From Flavobacteriaceae bacterium (GTDB lineage: Bacteria; Bacteroidota; Bacteroidia; Flavobacteriales; Flavobacteriaceae): DNA of 32,000 nt. Position 1 is the stretch's first letter, and every line of letters starts with the position of its first letter. Shown one piece after another: positions 16,974 through 26,100 of the stretch. The stretch lies in NCBI GenBank assembly GCA_965224465.1, contig OZ245049.1, positions 3,630,001 through 3,662,000 of the forward strand, read 5' to 3'. A model generated the notes under the pieces. It was not told the DNA's origin and did not search any database. It saw only the letters and a list, made by a program, of their open reading frames with translations. The translations under genes and the position numbers were made by a program.

Positions 16974-17954
16974 GTGTTATTTATAACTACAATCGCATGT
17001 AAAAATAATGCTCAAAACACAGACAATACAAATAGTACTCAAGAAATATTAACTGAATTACCCGATGAAATAGCTAATAAAACATGGGTTTATATTAATC
17101 CCATAGAGAAACAATGGTTTAAAACCATGTTAGAATATAATGATAGGGAATATATAAAGACAGAAACAAACTCCATTGATGTGCCTATAGATCTCTATGA
17201 CCCTGTTAGATCTTCTCAAAAAATAGAGTCTATTACTGTAAATGATAAAGGTTATTCTATTAAGTTTAATAAGTCAAAAAAACTAGGAGGTATTGATTTT
17301 AAATGGCTAGATAAAAGTAAAGGATTAGGGATTTGGGAGATAAAGTACATAGATGAAGGATATGCGGAATTTGGAGATACAATTGTCAGAAAAAAAAGTG
17401 TGATAAAAAAATTTATTACGCCAAATAATTTTCCTAAACCTAAACCTAAAGAAGAAATAATAATTGTAGGAGAGGATAAGCCTATTGATTCTAATATCTA
17501 TTCTGAATTGATAGATGACCTACCTATAGAAGGACGATTTTCTTGTAAATACACAGAAGAAGGAGAGACTTATACTGGTGCGTTTTTAGAAATATCAAAT
17601 AAAGATTATGAAGTTGAAAATGTATCCAATAATACCATTGAAACTTATAAAAATGAGATAAAAATTAAAATAGAAGATGTTTTGTATCTCCAATGCAATG
17701 CGAGAAAAATAAAATCATCAACAAATAAATATGCTTTGTTTTATAAGATATTTTACACGAAATATGAAGCACCTGTAGATTCCCAATATTATTCAACAAC
17801 TCGTCCAATAGCAGAAATAGAAATATTAGATAACAATACCATAGAAAAGAAATGGCTAGGAATCTATAACAAGAGAACAAAACAAGTTGAAAGTATTAAT
17901 GGTTATTTTACTTGGGGCGATGAATTTTGTGATATTATAAAGCGAATTGAATAA
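16974..17954 (+). CDS. Toxin-less copy of immunity lipoprotein I6, 5' end removed by IS1595
   Basis: From 16959 onward it is identical, by eye, to 31543-32000. The intact copy starts MKSINKFIITVLFITTIACKNN. Here the first codons are replaced by the IS end, and only an alternative GTG start (MLFITTIAC) remains. No cognate toxin lies upstream. Confidence 0.6.
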   Translation: MLFITTIACKNNAQNTDNTNSTQEILTELPDEIANKTWVYINPIEKQWFKTMLEYNDREYIKTETNSIDVPIDLYDPVRSSQKIESITVNDKGYSIKFNKSKKLGGIDFKWLDKSKGLGIWEIKYIDEGYAEFGDTIVRKKSVIKKFITPNNFPKPKPKEEIIIVGEDKPIDSNIYSELIDDLPIEGRFSCKYTEEGETYTGAFLEISNKDYEVENVSNNTIETYKNEIKIKIEDVLYLQCNARKIKSSTNKYALFYKIFYTKYEAPVDSQYYSTTRPIAEIEILDNNTIEKKWLGIYNKRTKQVESINGYFTWGDEFCDIIKRIE

Positions 17955-18410
17955 CTCTATGATTTTGGTATACAATTAGAAGAAGTTACAGCCGAAAAAC
18001 AAAAACTAGAAACCGAAAGGGATGATAGTTTAGCCAAAATGGAAACCAAAATAGAAAATTTAATGTGGTGGGATGAGGCAAGTAAAAAAACCTACACACC
18101 ACCAGTAAAAGAAGAAGATAAAACAAAAACGAGTAGCACCAAAAGACCTTCTATGTTGCCGGAAGGTACTGTGGTAGAAGAAATACCACAAAAAGATGTT
18201 GTACCTTTAGACAATAAAACAACAGCAGTTAAACCAGATGCTAAACCAACGGAAGATAGTATACCAACGACAAGTACAACCGCTGCTCCAACACCAGAAA
18301 CTAAAGTAGAAGAAAAAGAAGTACCACCAAAACGTATGTTTCCTAAAAGCAATATAGTACATCACTTTCATCCAATTGCTTGGGTGGAGCAGATGAAACT
18401 TGTTTTTGGT
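17955..18410 (+). repeat. Handle repeat, copy 3 (about 455 nt, 5'-truncated)
   Basis: It starts at CTCTATGATTTTGGTATACAATTAGAAG (= 11186 in copy 1), immediately after the TAA of the preceding immunity gene. Confidence 0.88.
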
Positions 18411-19829
18411 AGTAGTGGAGTAATTAGAAAAGGAGATAAAGGAGAAATTGTACGAGAATTAAATATTCGATTAGCTGGTTTTGGAGGGAATATACCTACG
18501 GATGTATTTACTAGTCAAACTGAAAATATTGTTAGTCAATTTCAAAAAGATTATATGGGAATCACCCCTACAGGGGAGGTTACAAACGAAGAATTAAAAG
18601 CAATAGATGAGTTTTCTAAAAAGTTTGATATTTCAGATGAATTTTGGAAAAAAATAAAATGCAGATGCTCTACTAAAGGCAGTATAGTTACTAGTGTACT
18701 TAGAGGTAAATCAGAAAGTAATAAATGTGAAGGTTTTGGGGATCATACAGGAAAAAGCACATATAGACCAGATAAATCTAAAAGTGAACCATATCACATG
18801 TATGAATATCCCGGAATGCACAGAAGCTTACTTTTTGGAATAAAAGCACTTCAATTCTATTTAAGTAAACAAACTACTTTTAAAATAGATCATGTTTCGT
18901 CAGGATATAGATGTCGTTTTAAAAATTACAAGTCAACGAATCACATGGGTAAAGCCATTGACATACAGTTTAGTAAAGGTTCTTGGGAAATAAGATCTCA
19001 ATTCAAGAAAAACGTAGAACCTTTAAGAGAAATAAGAGATGATTTTTATATAAAATATTTAGGTGCTCAAAAAAAATGGAAAAACCCTAATATGTTTTCT
19101 ATAGAGCCTATAGATTTAAAATATAAGAAAAATGGAAAAGTACGTTTTGATCATACATATAGTTGGATTCATATCGATGTAAGAAATTTTGAATCAAAAT
19201 ATTTAGAAGATTATTTATTTTGTAAAGATAGGTCTACATTAAATGGAGAAAATATATCATCAATGTCTAATGATACTTCAGAGAAAGAACAGTTAGATTA
19301 TAAATGGTCGCAAAGTGCATTTGCTAATATAATATCTAATAAAGAATCTAATAATAATTATAATATATGTAATAAAACAAAAGGAGGATTAAAAGTTGTA
19401 AGAAATATTACTGTTGTAGAGACTACTATTAAAGATATTTTAGCTAAACAAAAATCAAGAGATATTTTTGCCGTAGGTAGGTTTCAACTAATTCCTAATA
19501 CTTTAACTGCTGCCATAAATTCATTAAACCTTGATGTTAATAATAATTTAGATGAAGAAACACAAGATAAAATTTTTCAAGAATACCTAATTACTATTAA
19601 GAGGCCTCAAATTATGAAATTTCTAGAAGAAAGTGGAAGTGTTGAGGATGCTATGTACTCTGCAGCTAAAGAATGGGCTAGCATAGGTGTTGAAATTGGT
19701 AAAAAAATAAGTAAAAATAGAATATCTAAAGGAGGAGAGTCCTATTACGCGGGTGATGGGCTAAATAAAGCACACATTACACCTGATGAATTTAAAAATT
19801 CCTTAATAAAATCAAAGAATGAGAATTAA
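18039..19829 (+). CDS. Orphan toxin cassette T3: handle + PG_binding_1 + M15-type zinc peptidase + lysozyme-like C-terminal domain
   Basis: Handle homology starts at 17955 (LYDFGIQLEE...), in frame directly after the upstream stop codon. The first ATG is the internal METKIEN. PG-binding repeat: GDKGEIVRELNIRLAGFGG...IVSQFQKDYMGITPTGEVT. M15 motifs: SSGYRCRFKNYKSTNHMGKAIDIQF and WIHIDVR. The C-terminal region (KESNNNYN...FAVGRFQLIPNTL) resembles a transglycosylase/lysozyme-like fold; this last call is weaker. Confidence 0.75.
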   Translation: METKIENLMWWDEASKKTYTPPVKEEDKTKTSSTKRPSMLPEGTVVEEIPQKDVVPLDNKTTAVKPDAKPTEDSIPTTSTTAAPTPETKVEEKEVPPKRMFPKSNIVHHFHPIAWVEQMKLVFGSSGVIRKGDKGEIVRELNIRLAGFGGNIPTDVFTSQTENIVSQFQKDYMGITPTGEVTNEELKAIDEFSKKFDISDEFWKKIKCRCSTKGSIVTSVLRGKSESNKCEGFGDHTGKSTYRPDKSKSEPYHMYEYPGMHRSLLFGIKALQFYLSKQTTFKIDHVSSGYRCRFKNYKSTNHMGKAIDIQFSKGSWEIRSQFKKNVEPLREIRDDFYIKYLGAQKKWKNPNMFSIEPIDLKYKKNGKVRFDHTYSWIHIDVRNFESKYLEDYLFCKDRSTLNGENISSMSNDTSEKEQLDYKWSQSAFANIISNKESNNNYNICNKTKGGLKVVRNITVVETTIKDILAKQKSRDIFAVGRFQLIPNTLTAAINSLNLDVNNNLDEETQDKIFQEYLITIKRPQIMKFLEESGSVEDAMYSAAKEWASIGVEIGKKISKNRISKGGESYYAGDGLNKAHITPDEFKNSLIKSKNEN

Positions 19830-20739
19830 AGCACTAAAATTAATAAGTTTTATAATTTTTATAACATCTATAGTAAGTTGTAAAAAAGAACTTAGGAGTA
19901 CTATAATTGCAGAGATAAAAAATGAAACATCTAAAAATAACTCAAATAAACATTTTGAAGAATATTCCTTTACGATTAGTTGTGGTTCAGGTTGTGCTTT
20001 AGTTTATAATGCTAAAAAGGTCGATGGTAATAGAATAGGTTACAAAGTTGATCAATTTATTAATGAGGTTCTTTCATCAGATCTTTTAGAAAATGAACTT
20101 TCTTTTTTTTCATTTGAATGTAATAATACGAATGTTGTAAAAAGTGTTAGCGATAATGAAAGTCATAATATTTTAGAGTCTGCGGATTATACAATAAATC
20201 TTCAAGAAGCTCTAAAAAAAGTTGGAGATATTTTTTGTAAAAAAAATACTAATGATATAAACCCTGCTTTAAAACAAGCGTTAATTCAGTTACCTTTTAC
20301 CGTTATTACTTTTATAGAACAAAAATCAGAAAAAAGAAAAGACACATATATATCACTAAATGATACAGAATTAAAACTTCTAAAAAGCTCACTTTTCAGT
20401 AAGTTTTACGACGAAGAATATGAGACTATAAATGATATTTTTAAATTAAACACGGAGAAACAATTATTTAATAATTTTATAGTTGTATCAGAAAATGAAG
20501 TAGGGTATGATTATAGTCTAATTAGTGTAAAAAACAACAATCTAATATCTGGTTTAGTTCTTACAAGCGTGGAGACTAATTCTATATCTAGTAATGTTCT
20601 TATAAATAAAAAATTGATTATAAATTTAAGTACATTAAATGAAGATGTTTTTGCTCAATATAAAATTTCAAATGAGGGATATATCAAACAAGTATTTGAT
20701 AATCGTGAACATATGAAAAATTATGAAAGTGAATTATAA
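19819..20739 (+). CDS. Lipoprotein, candidate immunity I3
   Basis: Signal/lipobox MRIKALKLISFIIFITSIVSC. Its ATG overlaps the T3 stop by 11 nt, suggesting translational coupling. Confidence 0.7.
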   Translation: MRIKALKLISFIIFITSIVSCKKELRSTIIAEIKNETSKNNSNKHFEEYSFTISCGSGCALVYNAKKVDGNRIGYKVDQFINEVLSSDLLENELSFFSFECNNTNVVKSVSDNESHNILESADYTINLQEALKKVGDIFCKKNTNDINPALKQALIQLPFTVITFIEQKSEKRKDTYISLNDTELKLLKSSLFSKFYDEEYETINDIFKLNTEKQLFNNFIVVSENEVGYDYSLISVKNNNLISGLVLTSVETNSISSNVLINKKLIINLSTLNEDVFAQYKISNEGYIKQVFDNREHMKNYESEL

Positions 20740-20768
20740 AAAAAACAATAGCGCGTAATTGCATTCCG

Positions 20769-21302
20769 TTGCCTACAACATATAAAAAAAACCAAGCTGA
20801 ATTACAGCTAAAATATGTTGAGTATTATTTAGAGCCGCATAAGGGAGAACTAAATACACTTACTGATTTTTACTTAGCGGTTTTGTGGCCTAAAGCTGTA
20901 GGGCAAGGAGGAAATGATAATTTTATTGTATTTGATGATGATGCTACTGGTCAAAAGAAAAAAGCTTACAGACAAAATAAATCATTTCTTAAAGAAGAAG
21001 GAGAGATAACTAAAGGGAAAGATGGAAAGAAAATTTATGGAAAAACAGGAGGTAAAACTTATGTTTGGGAAGTAAGAGAAGAAATTGAAAGGTGGTATGA
21101 AAATGGAAGCAAGCATTTAAATAATTGCAGTAGTGGAAGTTGTACACTTGTTAAGCCATATGATAATTGTCCAAGCTGTAGTCAAAAGCATTATGATGTT
21201 AGAAGTTTAATACATTTTTATTCACAGATAAGCATGTGCAGTATAAAATTAGTCCACAAATTGATGATTCAAATCAAAAAAAAATGTACCAATTCTTTTT
21301 AA
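20769..21302 (+). pseudogene. Chimeric remnant of a degraded toxin cassette
   Basis: Aa about 10-150 are a diverged homologue of the middle of the T1 lysozyme-like domain (YVEYYLEPHKGELNTLTDFYLAVLWPKAVG...GGKTYVWEV versus YVEYYLAKHKGKLKTLADFYLAILWPVAVG...GGKTYVWEI). The handle, the catalytic N-terminal part and the peptidase domain are all missing. A 25-nt stretch identical to T2 follows (21225-21249 = 14569-14593). The sequence then runs into the last nucleotides of a T5-like gene at 21303. Confidence 0.65.
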
Positions 21303-22090
21303 TATAAACTAGGAATTTACACAAAAGTCAAAAATGATTCAGAGAAAACAAGTTAGCTTATTCATATCAATTCTTCTGATTTTATTGTTTAATGTTAGTT
21401 GTAAGAGAAAAATAAAACAGGAAATTTTTGTTAAAAAAGAGACAGAAGTAAAACATGTAATTAAACAAGTATCCAAAGTTTATGTTGATAATTTAACCCG
21501 TGATAAATTCGATTCTCTCTTAAATTCAGGAATAATTGATAATATTGATTATAATGGAGATTTAGTTTCGTGTTACAAAATAGTAGACAAATCGGGGGAT
21601 CATTATCTAATTTTAACTCATGATTACACCAAGAATACACTTTACTTCTACTATGCTGAACAAGAATCTTTTGGAGTGAAGCTAATATGGAGCATAAGTG
21701 ATTCGGTTGTTCAAACTGATTATTCGGAAGAATATGATATATATTTTCTCAAAAATTACATTCATGTTGCTGATTTTGATAATGATGATTTAGTTGATAT
21801 AATTCTGGTATATAAGACAAATTCAAAAGAAGATTATGATAGATTAAAAATTAGAATCTTTCATAAAGATTCTAAGGTTTTAATAAATCACAAAGGAGCT
21901 TCCTTGGATGATGAAAGGGAAACTAAAATAGATCAAAGTTTTTATTCTTTACCCAAATCGATAAGGCAACAAGTTTTTTTAGATATCAAAGAAATCAACG
22001 TTGAAGTTTTAAGTATTAACTCAGATGTGTTAAAGAAAATTGGTGTTAATTTATATTAAATCCCCGCCCCCGCTAGTTCAATGTTATTAA
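21303..22090 (+). repeat. Segmental duplication block A (T5 tail + immunity I5' + spacer), continued at 23259-23883 after the IS4-family insertion
   Basis: Collinear with 28757-29544 at a constant offset of 7454 nt and only a few substitutions. After the IS is removed, it continues collinear with 29538-30148. Confidence 0.88.
21334..22059 (+). CDS. Lipoprotein, second copy of immunity I5 (cognate toxin deleted)
   Basis: 241 aa, signal/lipobox MIQRKQVSLFISILLILLFNVSC. It differs at only about 6 residues from 28788-29513. Upstream only about 31 nt of the T5 3' end survive. Confidence 0.75.
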   Translation: MIQRKQVSLFISILLILLFNVSCKRKIKQEIFVKKETEVKHVIKQVSKVYVDNLTRDKFDSLLNSGIIDNIDYNGDLVSCYKIVDKSGDHYLILTHDYTKNTLYFYYAEQESFGVKLIWSISDSVVQTDYSEEYDIYFLKNYIHVADFDNDDLVDIILVYKTNSKEDYDRLKIRIFHKDSKVLINHKGASLDDERETKIDQSFYSLPKSIRQQVFLDIKEINVEVLSINSDVLKKIGVNLY

Positions 22091-23258
22091 CTCACCTTAC
22101 GCAATAATAATTTAGATTTAAGGAAATAATTGTCTATATTGTTAATAACTTTGAGAAGAAAAAAGATGGATAATTTTGTTGATTTATATACCGATTATTT
22201 GATAAGTTCAAGTTCTTATACTACAGCAACAGGAATGTCTCACTTGCTTTGCATAAAACATGATAAAATAACAAGAGCATTGTCAACAGGTGTTTACGAC
22301 AGTAAATTTCTATGGAAAACGGCAAAAACTTATATTGAAGAATTGACACAATCAAAAGAAACCGTTATTTTAAGTTTTGATGATTCTATACAAGAAAAAC
22401 AATATACAAAAGAAAGTGAACTTAACACTTGGCATTTTGACCACGTGTTTGGGAGGTCTGTAAAAGGAGTTAATTTTCTAACAGCTTTAATAGAAGTAGC
22501 CGGTATGCGTTTGCCTTGTGGTGTAGAGTTTATAAAGAAAGACCTTTGGGTAACCGATAAAAAAACAGGAAAACAAAAGCGTAAAAGCAGCAAAACCAAG
22601 AATGAATTATTTAGAGATATGTTGCGAGAATGTAGTAGCAAAATACGCTTTGATTATGTTTTGGCTGATAGTTGGTTTTCATCTGTAGAAAATATGATAT
22701 GCTGTAAAACAGCATTAAAAAATAATTTTATTATTGCTTTAAAAAGCAATCGAAGAGTAGCCTTATCATTAGAAGATAAGCAAAAAGGAATATACGTGAA
22801 TATTAAAACATTACAGCCAGAACAGCAGACCGTGGAAGTTTGGTTTGAAAAACTAGACTTTCCGCTGTTGCTTACAAAGCAAATTTTCAAAAACGAGAAT
22901 GGTACAGTCGGCGAGTTGTATTTGGCTTGTAGTGATTTAAGTTTAGCGTATGACCAAATAACTACAATCTACAAAAAACGGTGGGCAGTAGAAGAATATC
23001 ACAAATCGATTAAAAGCAATACAGGATTTGCTAAATCTCCAACAAAAAAAATAGAAACTCAAATGAATCATTTTGTCTTATCCATTGTAGCATATATAAA
23101 GTTGGAGTGGCTAAAACAAAGGACAGGAAAAAATCACTTTGCCATGAAAACACAAATTTATTTAGCCGCTCAAAAAGCAGCCTATAATGAACTCAAAAAC
23201 TTATCAACACCCAAGGTAGCATAATCTCTTTTTTAGAGAAAATTATGCGTAACATGAG
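22091..23258 (+). mobile_element. IS4-family insertion sequence (1168 bp) with a 7-bp target duplication
   Basis: Inverted termini CTCACCTTACGCAATAAT (22091-) and the reverse complement of AATTATGCGTAACATGAG (-23258). TTATTAA is duplicated at 22084-22090 and 23259-23265. The uninterrupted paralogous site ...CAATGTTATTAAGTTGAGAG... is present at 29533-29552. Confidence 0.88.
22130..23224 (+). CDS. IS4-family DDE transposase
   Basis: It contains the Y-x2-R-x3-E-x6-K signature (YKKRWAVEEYHKSIK), plus LSFDDSIQEK and VLADSWFSS as the D regions. The likely true start is ATG at 22166 (MDNFVDLY). Confidence 0.9.
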   Translation: MSILLITLRRKKMDNFVDLYTDYLISSSSYTTATGMSHLLCIKHDKITRALSTGVYDSKFLWKTAKTYIEELTQSKETVILSFDDSIQEKQYTKESELNTWHFDHVFGRSVKGVNFLTALIEVAGMRLPCGVEFIKKDLWVTDKKTGKQKRKSSKTKNELFRDMLRECSSKIRFDYVLADSWFSSVENMICCKTALKNNFIIALKSNRRVALSLEDKQKGIYVNIKTLQPEQQTVEVWFEKLDFPLLLTKQIFKNENGTVGELYLACSDLSLAYDQITTIYKKRWAVEEYHKSIKSNTGFAKSPTKKIETQMNHFVLSIVAYIKLEWLKQRTGKNHFAMKTQIYLAAQKAAYNELKNLSTPKVA

Positions 23259-23322
23259 TTATTAAGTTGAGAGTTTAATTATAAAAAAAATCAGTATTTT
23301 AAATTTACTTTAATCAAGTATA

Positions 23323-23883
23323 CAGAAATAGCACAAAAACTATCTCGTTTGGTATGTAAGCATAAAAATGAATGGTCTTATACTATGGACGAAATAAAAC
23401 CAGAAGTAAAAGAACTCTATGATTTTGGTATACAATTAGAAGAAGTTACAGCCGAAAAACAAAAACTAGAAACCGAAAGGGATGATAGTTTAGCCAAAAT
23501 GGAAACCAAAATAGAAAATTTAATGTGGTGGGATGAGGCAAGTAAAAAAACCTACACAGCACCCATAAAAGAAGAAGATAAAACAAAAACGAGTAGCACC
23601 AAAAGACCTTCTATGTTGCCAGAAGGTACAGTGGTAGAAGAAATACCACAAAAAGATGTTGTACCTTTATACAATAAAACAACAGCAGCTAAACCAGATG
23701 CTAAACCAGATGCTAAACCAACGGAAGATAGTATACCAACGACAAGTACAACCGCTGCTCCAGCACCAGAAACTAAAGTAGAAGAAAAAGAAGTACCACC
23801 AAAACGTATGTTTCCAAGTACCAATATAGTACATCATTTTCATCCAATTGCTTGGGTGGAGCAGATGAAACTTGTTTTTGGGG
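23323..23883 (+). repeat. Handle repeat, copy 4 (full length, with a 12-nt internal duplication)
   Basis: Same 5' boundary as copies 1 and 6. It has one extra CCAGATGCTAAA unit at 23691-23720. Confidence 0.9.
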
Positions 23884-25217
23884 ATGAAACAGGAGAATGT
23901 TATTGCAATAGAGATTTTACTGTGGAAGAATTTAAAAATATTTTTATCCGATTAAGAAGAAGTGAGGAATATAATTTAAACATCCTTAATGGAAATAATT
24001 GTAACATACCTAGTTCAGATAAAATATTAGAAAGACTTACAGAAGAATTTAATATAACTGCTAAAAAATATGAAATCAATAAGTGCATCCAAAAAATACA
24101 TTTTTTAGCACAAATATACTGGGAGTCAGATCGTTTGAAAACAGGGTTAGAATATGCTAGTGGAAACTATTATAACCCTATCGATGGACATAAAAATGCT
24201 AAGAGCAATGGAAATACACAAGCGGGTGATGGTCCTAAATATAAAGGACGGGGTTTTATGCAATTAACATGGCGCAGTACTCAAATAAAATATCTTAAAC
24301 ATGCAGCAAAAAATACAGACGGCGCATTAAAAGGTAAATCAGATGCCGAATTAGAATTAAGAAGTAATAACTATGAAAAATATATATCCGATGATTTAGC
24401 ATATGCATTGGATTCTGCTGGGTGGTTTTGGTCTAATTATAAAAAAGCAGGTTCAAAATATTCGGAAATAAAAGGAAAAAATTTGAATGAAATAGCATTG
24501 TTTCAGGATAAATACCAAAAATACATTTCTATACTAGTGAATGGAGGTGGCAATGGTAAAAAAGAAAGGGAAAAATATTACAAAAAATTAAAACGATTTT
24601 TAAAATTGGACACTAAATGTATCAATAATAAAAATAGTTCAGTAACTAATAAAAATGATTCAAATACTCCTTGGGTTAAAACTGCAAAAGGAGAATTAGG
24701 AGTTGAGGAAATTTATGGTATAAAGTACAATGATCCTAGAGTTCTTGAATACCATGAAACAGCAGGCTATACTGCAAAATTAATGGGGAGAAAAATTACC
24801 GATGATTGGATTGGAGACTATAAAGACGCATGGTGTGGATCATTTGTTTATTGGTGTTATTTTAAATCAGGAATTACAAAAGAAAACTTAAATAAAAGTG
24901 GGTATAATGCTTACTCTTGGCGAAATTGGGGAGTGGAGTCAGATAAAAAAGAACCTTGCTATGGAGCTTTAGCAGTTTGCAATTTTTCACATGTCGGTTT
25001 TGTGGTAGGTAAAAAAGGCAACAAAATTGTTTTATTAGGAGGTAATCAAACTGGAGGTGATACATCTACTAAAGGAATGGTTTGTTATACTACTGTAAAA
25101 AAGGAAGATATAATTACATATAGATATCCATCAAATTTTAATATTCAAAACATAAATTATGATCTTAAAGAAATATCAACCAATAGTGGTAGTGATAATT
25201 TTGGCACTAGTCGCTAG
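23349..25217 (+). CDS. Orphan toxin cassette T4: full handle + GH19 + CHAP (TIGR02594-like) peptidase
   Basis: Homology to the full-length gene begins at 23323, mid-codon context of ...EIAQKLSRLVCKHKNEW. There is no ATG/RBS at the track start (TTG). GH19 motifs: IHFLAQIYWESDRL and YKGRGFMQLTW. CHAP-like motifs: DAWCGSFVYWCYFKSG...YGALAVCNFSHVGFVVGKKGNKIVLLGGNQ. Confidence 0.75.
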   Translation: MVCKHKNEWSYTMDEIKPEVKELYDFGIQLEEVTAEKQKLETERDDSLAKMETKIENLMWWDEASKKTYTAPIKEEDKTKTSSTKRPSMLPEGTVVEEIPQKDVVPLYNKTTAAKPDAKPDAKPTEDSIPTTSTTAAPAPETKVEEKEVPPKRMFPSTNIVHHFHPIAWVEQMKLVFGDETGECYCNRDFTVEEFKNIFIRLRRSEEYNLNILNGNNCNIPSSDKILERLTEEFNITAKKYEINKCIQKIHFLAQIYWESDRLKTGLEYASGNYYNPIDGHKNAKSNGNTQAGDGPKYKGRGFMQLTWRSTQIKYLKHAAKNTDGALKGKSDAELELRSNNYEKYISDDLAYALDSAGWFWSNYKKAGSKYSEIKGKNLNEIALFQDKYQKYISILVNGGGNGKKEREKYYKKLKRFLKLDTKCINNKNSSVTNKNDSNTPWVKTAKGELGVEEIYGIKYNDPRVLEYHETAGYTAKLMGRKITDDWIGDYKDAWCGSFVYWCYFKSGITKENLNKSGYNAYSWRNWGVESDKKEPCYGALAVCNFSHVGFVVGKKGNKIVLLGGNQTGGDTSTKGMVCYTTVKKEDIITYRYPSNFNIQNINYDLKEISTNSGSDNFGTSR

Positions 25218-26100
25218 CTTATATTCTTGTAAACGAACTAATAATGTAGTAAGTAATAAAAAGGAGTTAAGCTTAGCCTTATCTTTATGCGATTCGATAG
25301 ACTCACAAGGAGCTAATAGGGTTTTTTGTAAGGGTTGGTTAAGCAACAAAGGTATTCAAAAGGCTATTTTATTTTCAAAAACTAGAACTAACTCTAAAGA
25401 AGAGTTTTTTGCTGAATTTTTTACAGAAAAAGATTTCAATAGTCCATTAGTCAAAGTATATGATTTCATTGAGGACTGTCCGGTTGATTTTAGTGTAAAT
25501 TTCATTGAGGACTCATTTTCTGTTACAGATATTAATAATAATGGAATAAAAGAAGTGTCATTTTTATACGAGATAGTATGTCAAGGAGGGATTGGTCCAA
25601 TAAAAATGAAGTCAATCCTAATTGAAGGACGTCAAAAATATGTAATCCGAGGATTTAGATTAGATGATGTGTCAATAAAAAATAATAAGACGCCTAATTA
25701 CCCAAGATCTATAATAGATGAAAATTTTATTAATGCTCCACATAGCTTTTTGGATTTTTCAAGTAAAAAATGGATGAAATATCATGGAACAAGATTATTA
25801 AATTTTGACAAAAAAAATAAATATTCAATCAAAAAGGCATCTCTAATTGACTCAGATATTGTTTTATATCTATCAAATAATCAAAATAAAAAATTTAAAA
25901 CCCCTTATTTTCTTGAAGATGAAAACCCTAAAATTTGGATAAAAAACAAAAAGATAATCCTATATTATGGTGATCACTATGGGAATTCTATAGAATCAAC
26001 TTGGTCTTATTTTTCAAAACAAGATAATTTAATTTTAGAAAGCCTTACTGGAACATTTCCAATCAAAAATAAGGAACAAGATAATTTAAAAGTATCTTAA
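25159..26100 (+). CDS. Lipoprotein, candidate immunity I4
   Basis: Signal/lipobox MILKKYQPIVVVIILALVASLYSC. It overlaps the T4 3' end by 59 nt. Confidence 0.7.
   Translation: MILKKYQPIVVVIILALVASLYSCKRTNNVVSNKKELSLALSLCDSIDSQGANRVFCKGWLSNKGIQKAILFSKTRTNSKEEFFAEFFTEKDFNSPLVKVYDFIEDCPVDFSVNFIEDSFSVTDINNNGIKEVSFLYEIVCQGGIGPIKMKSILIEGRQKYVIRGFRLDDVSIKNNKTPNYPRSIIDENFINAPHSFLDFSSKKWMKYHGTRLLNFDKKNKYSIKKASLIDSDIVLYLSNNQNKKFKTPYFLEDENPKIWIKNKKIILYYGDHYGNSIESTWSYFSKQDNLILESLTGTFPIKNKEQDNLKVS

Noticed and set aside
22061-22075. GC-rich CCCCGCCCCCGC tract immediately after the I5/I5' stop codons (also at 29516-29528), considered as a terminator stem.
   Set aside because: There is no complementary G-rich arm nearby, so no hairpin can form. 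It is simply part of the duplicated spacer.
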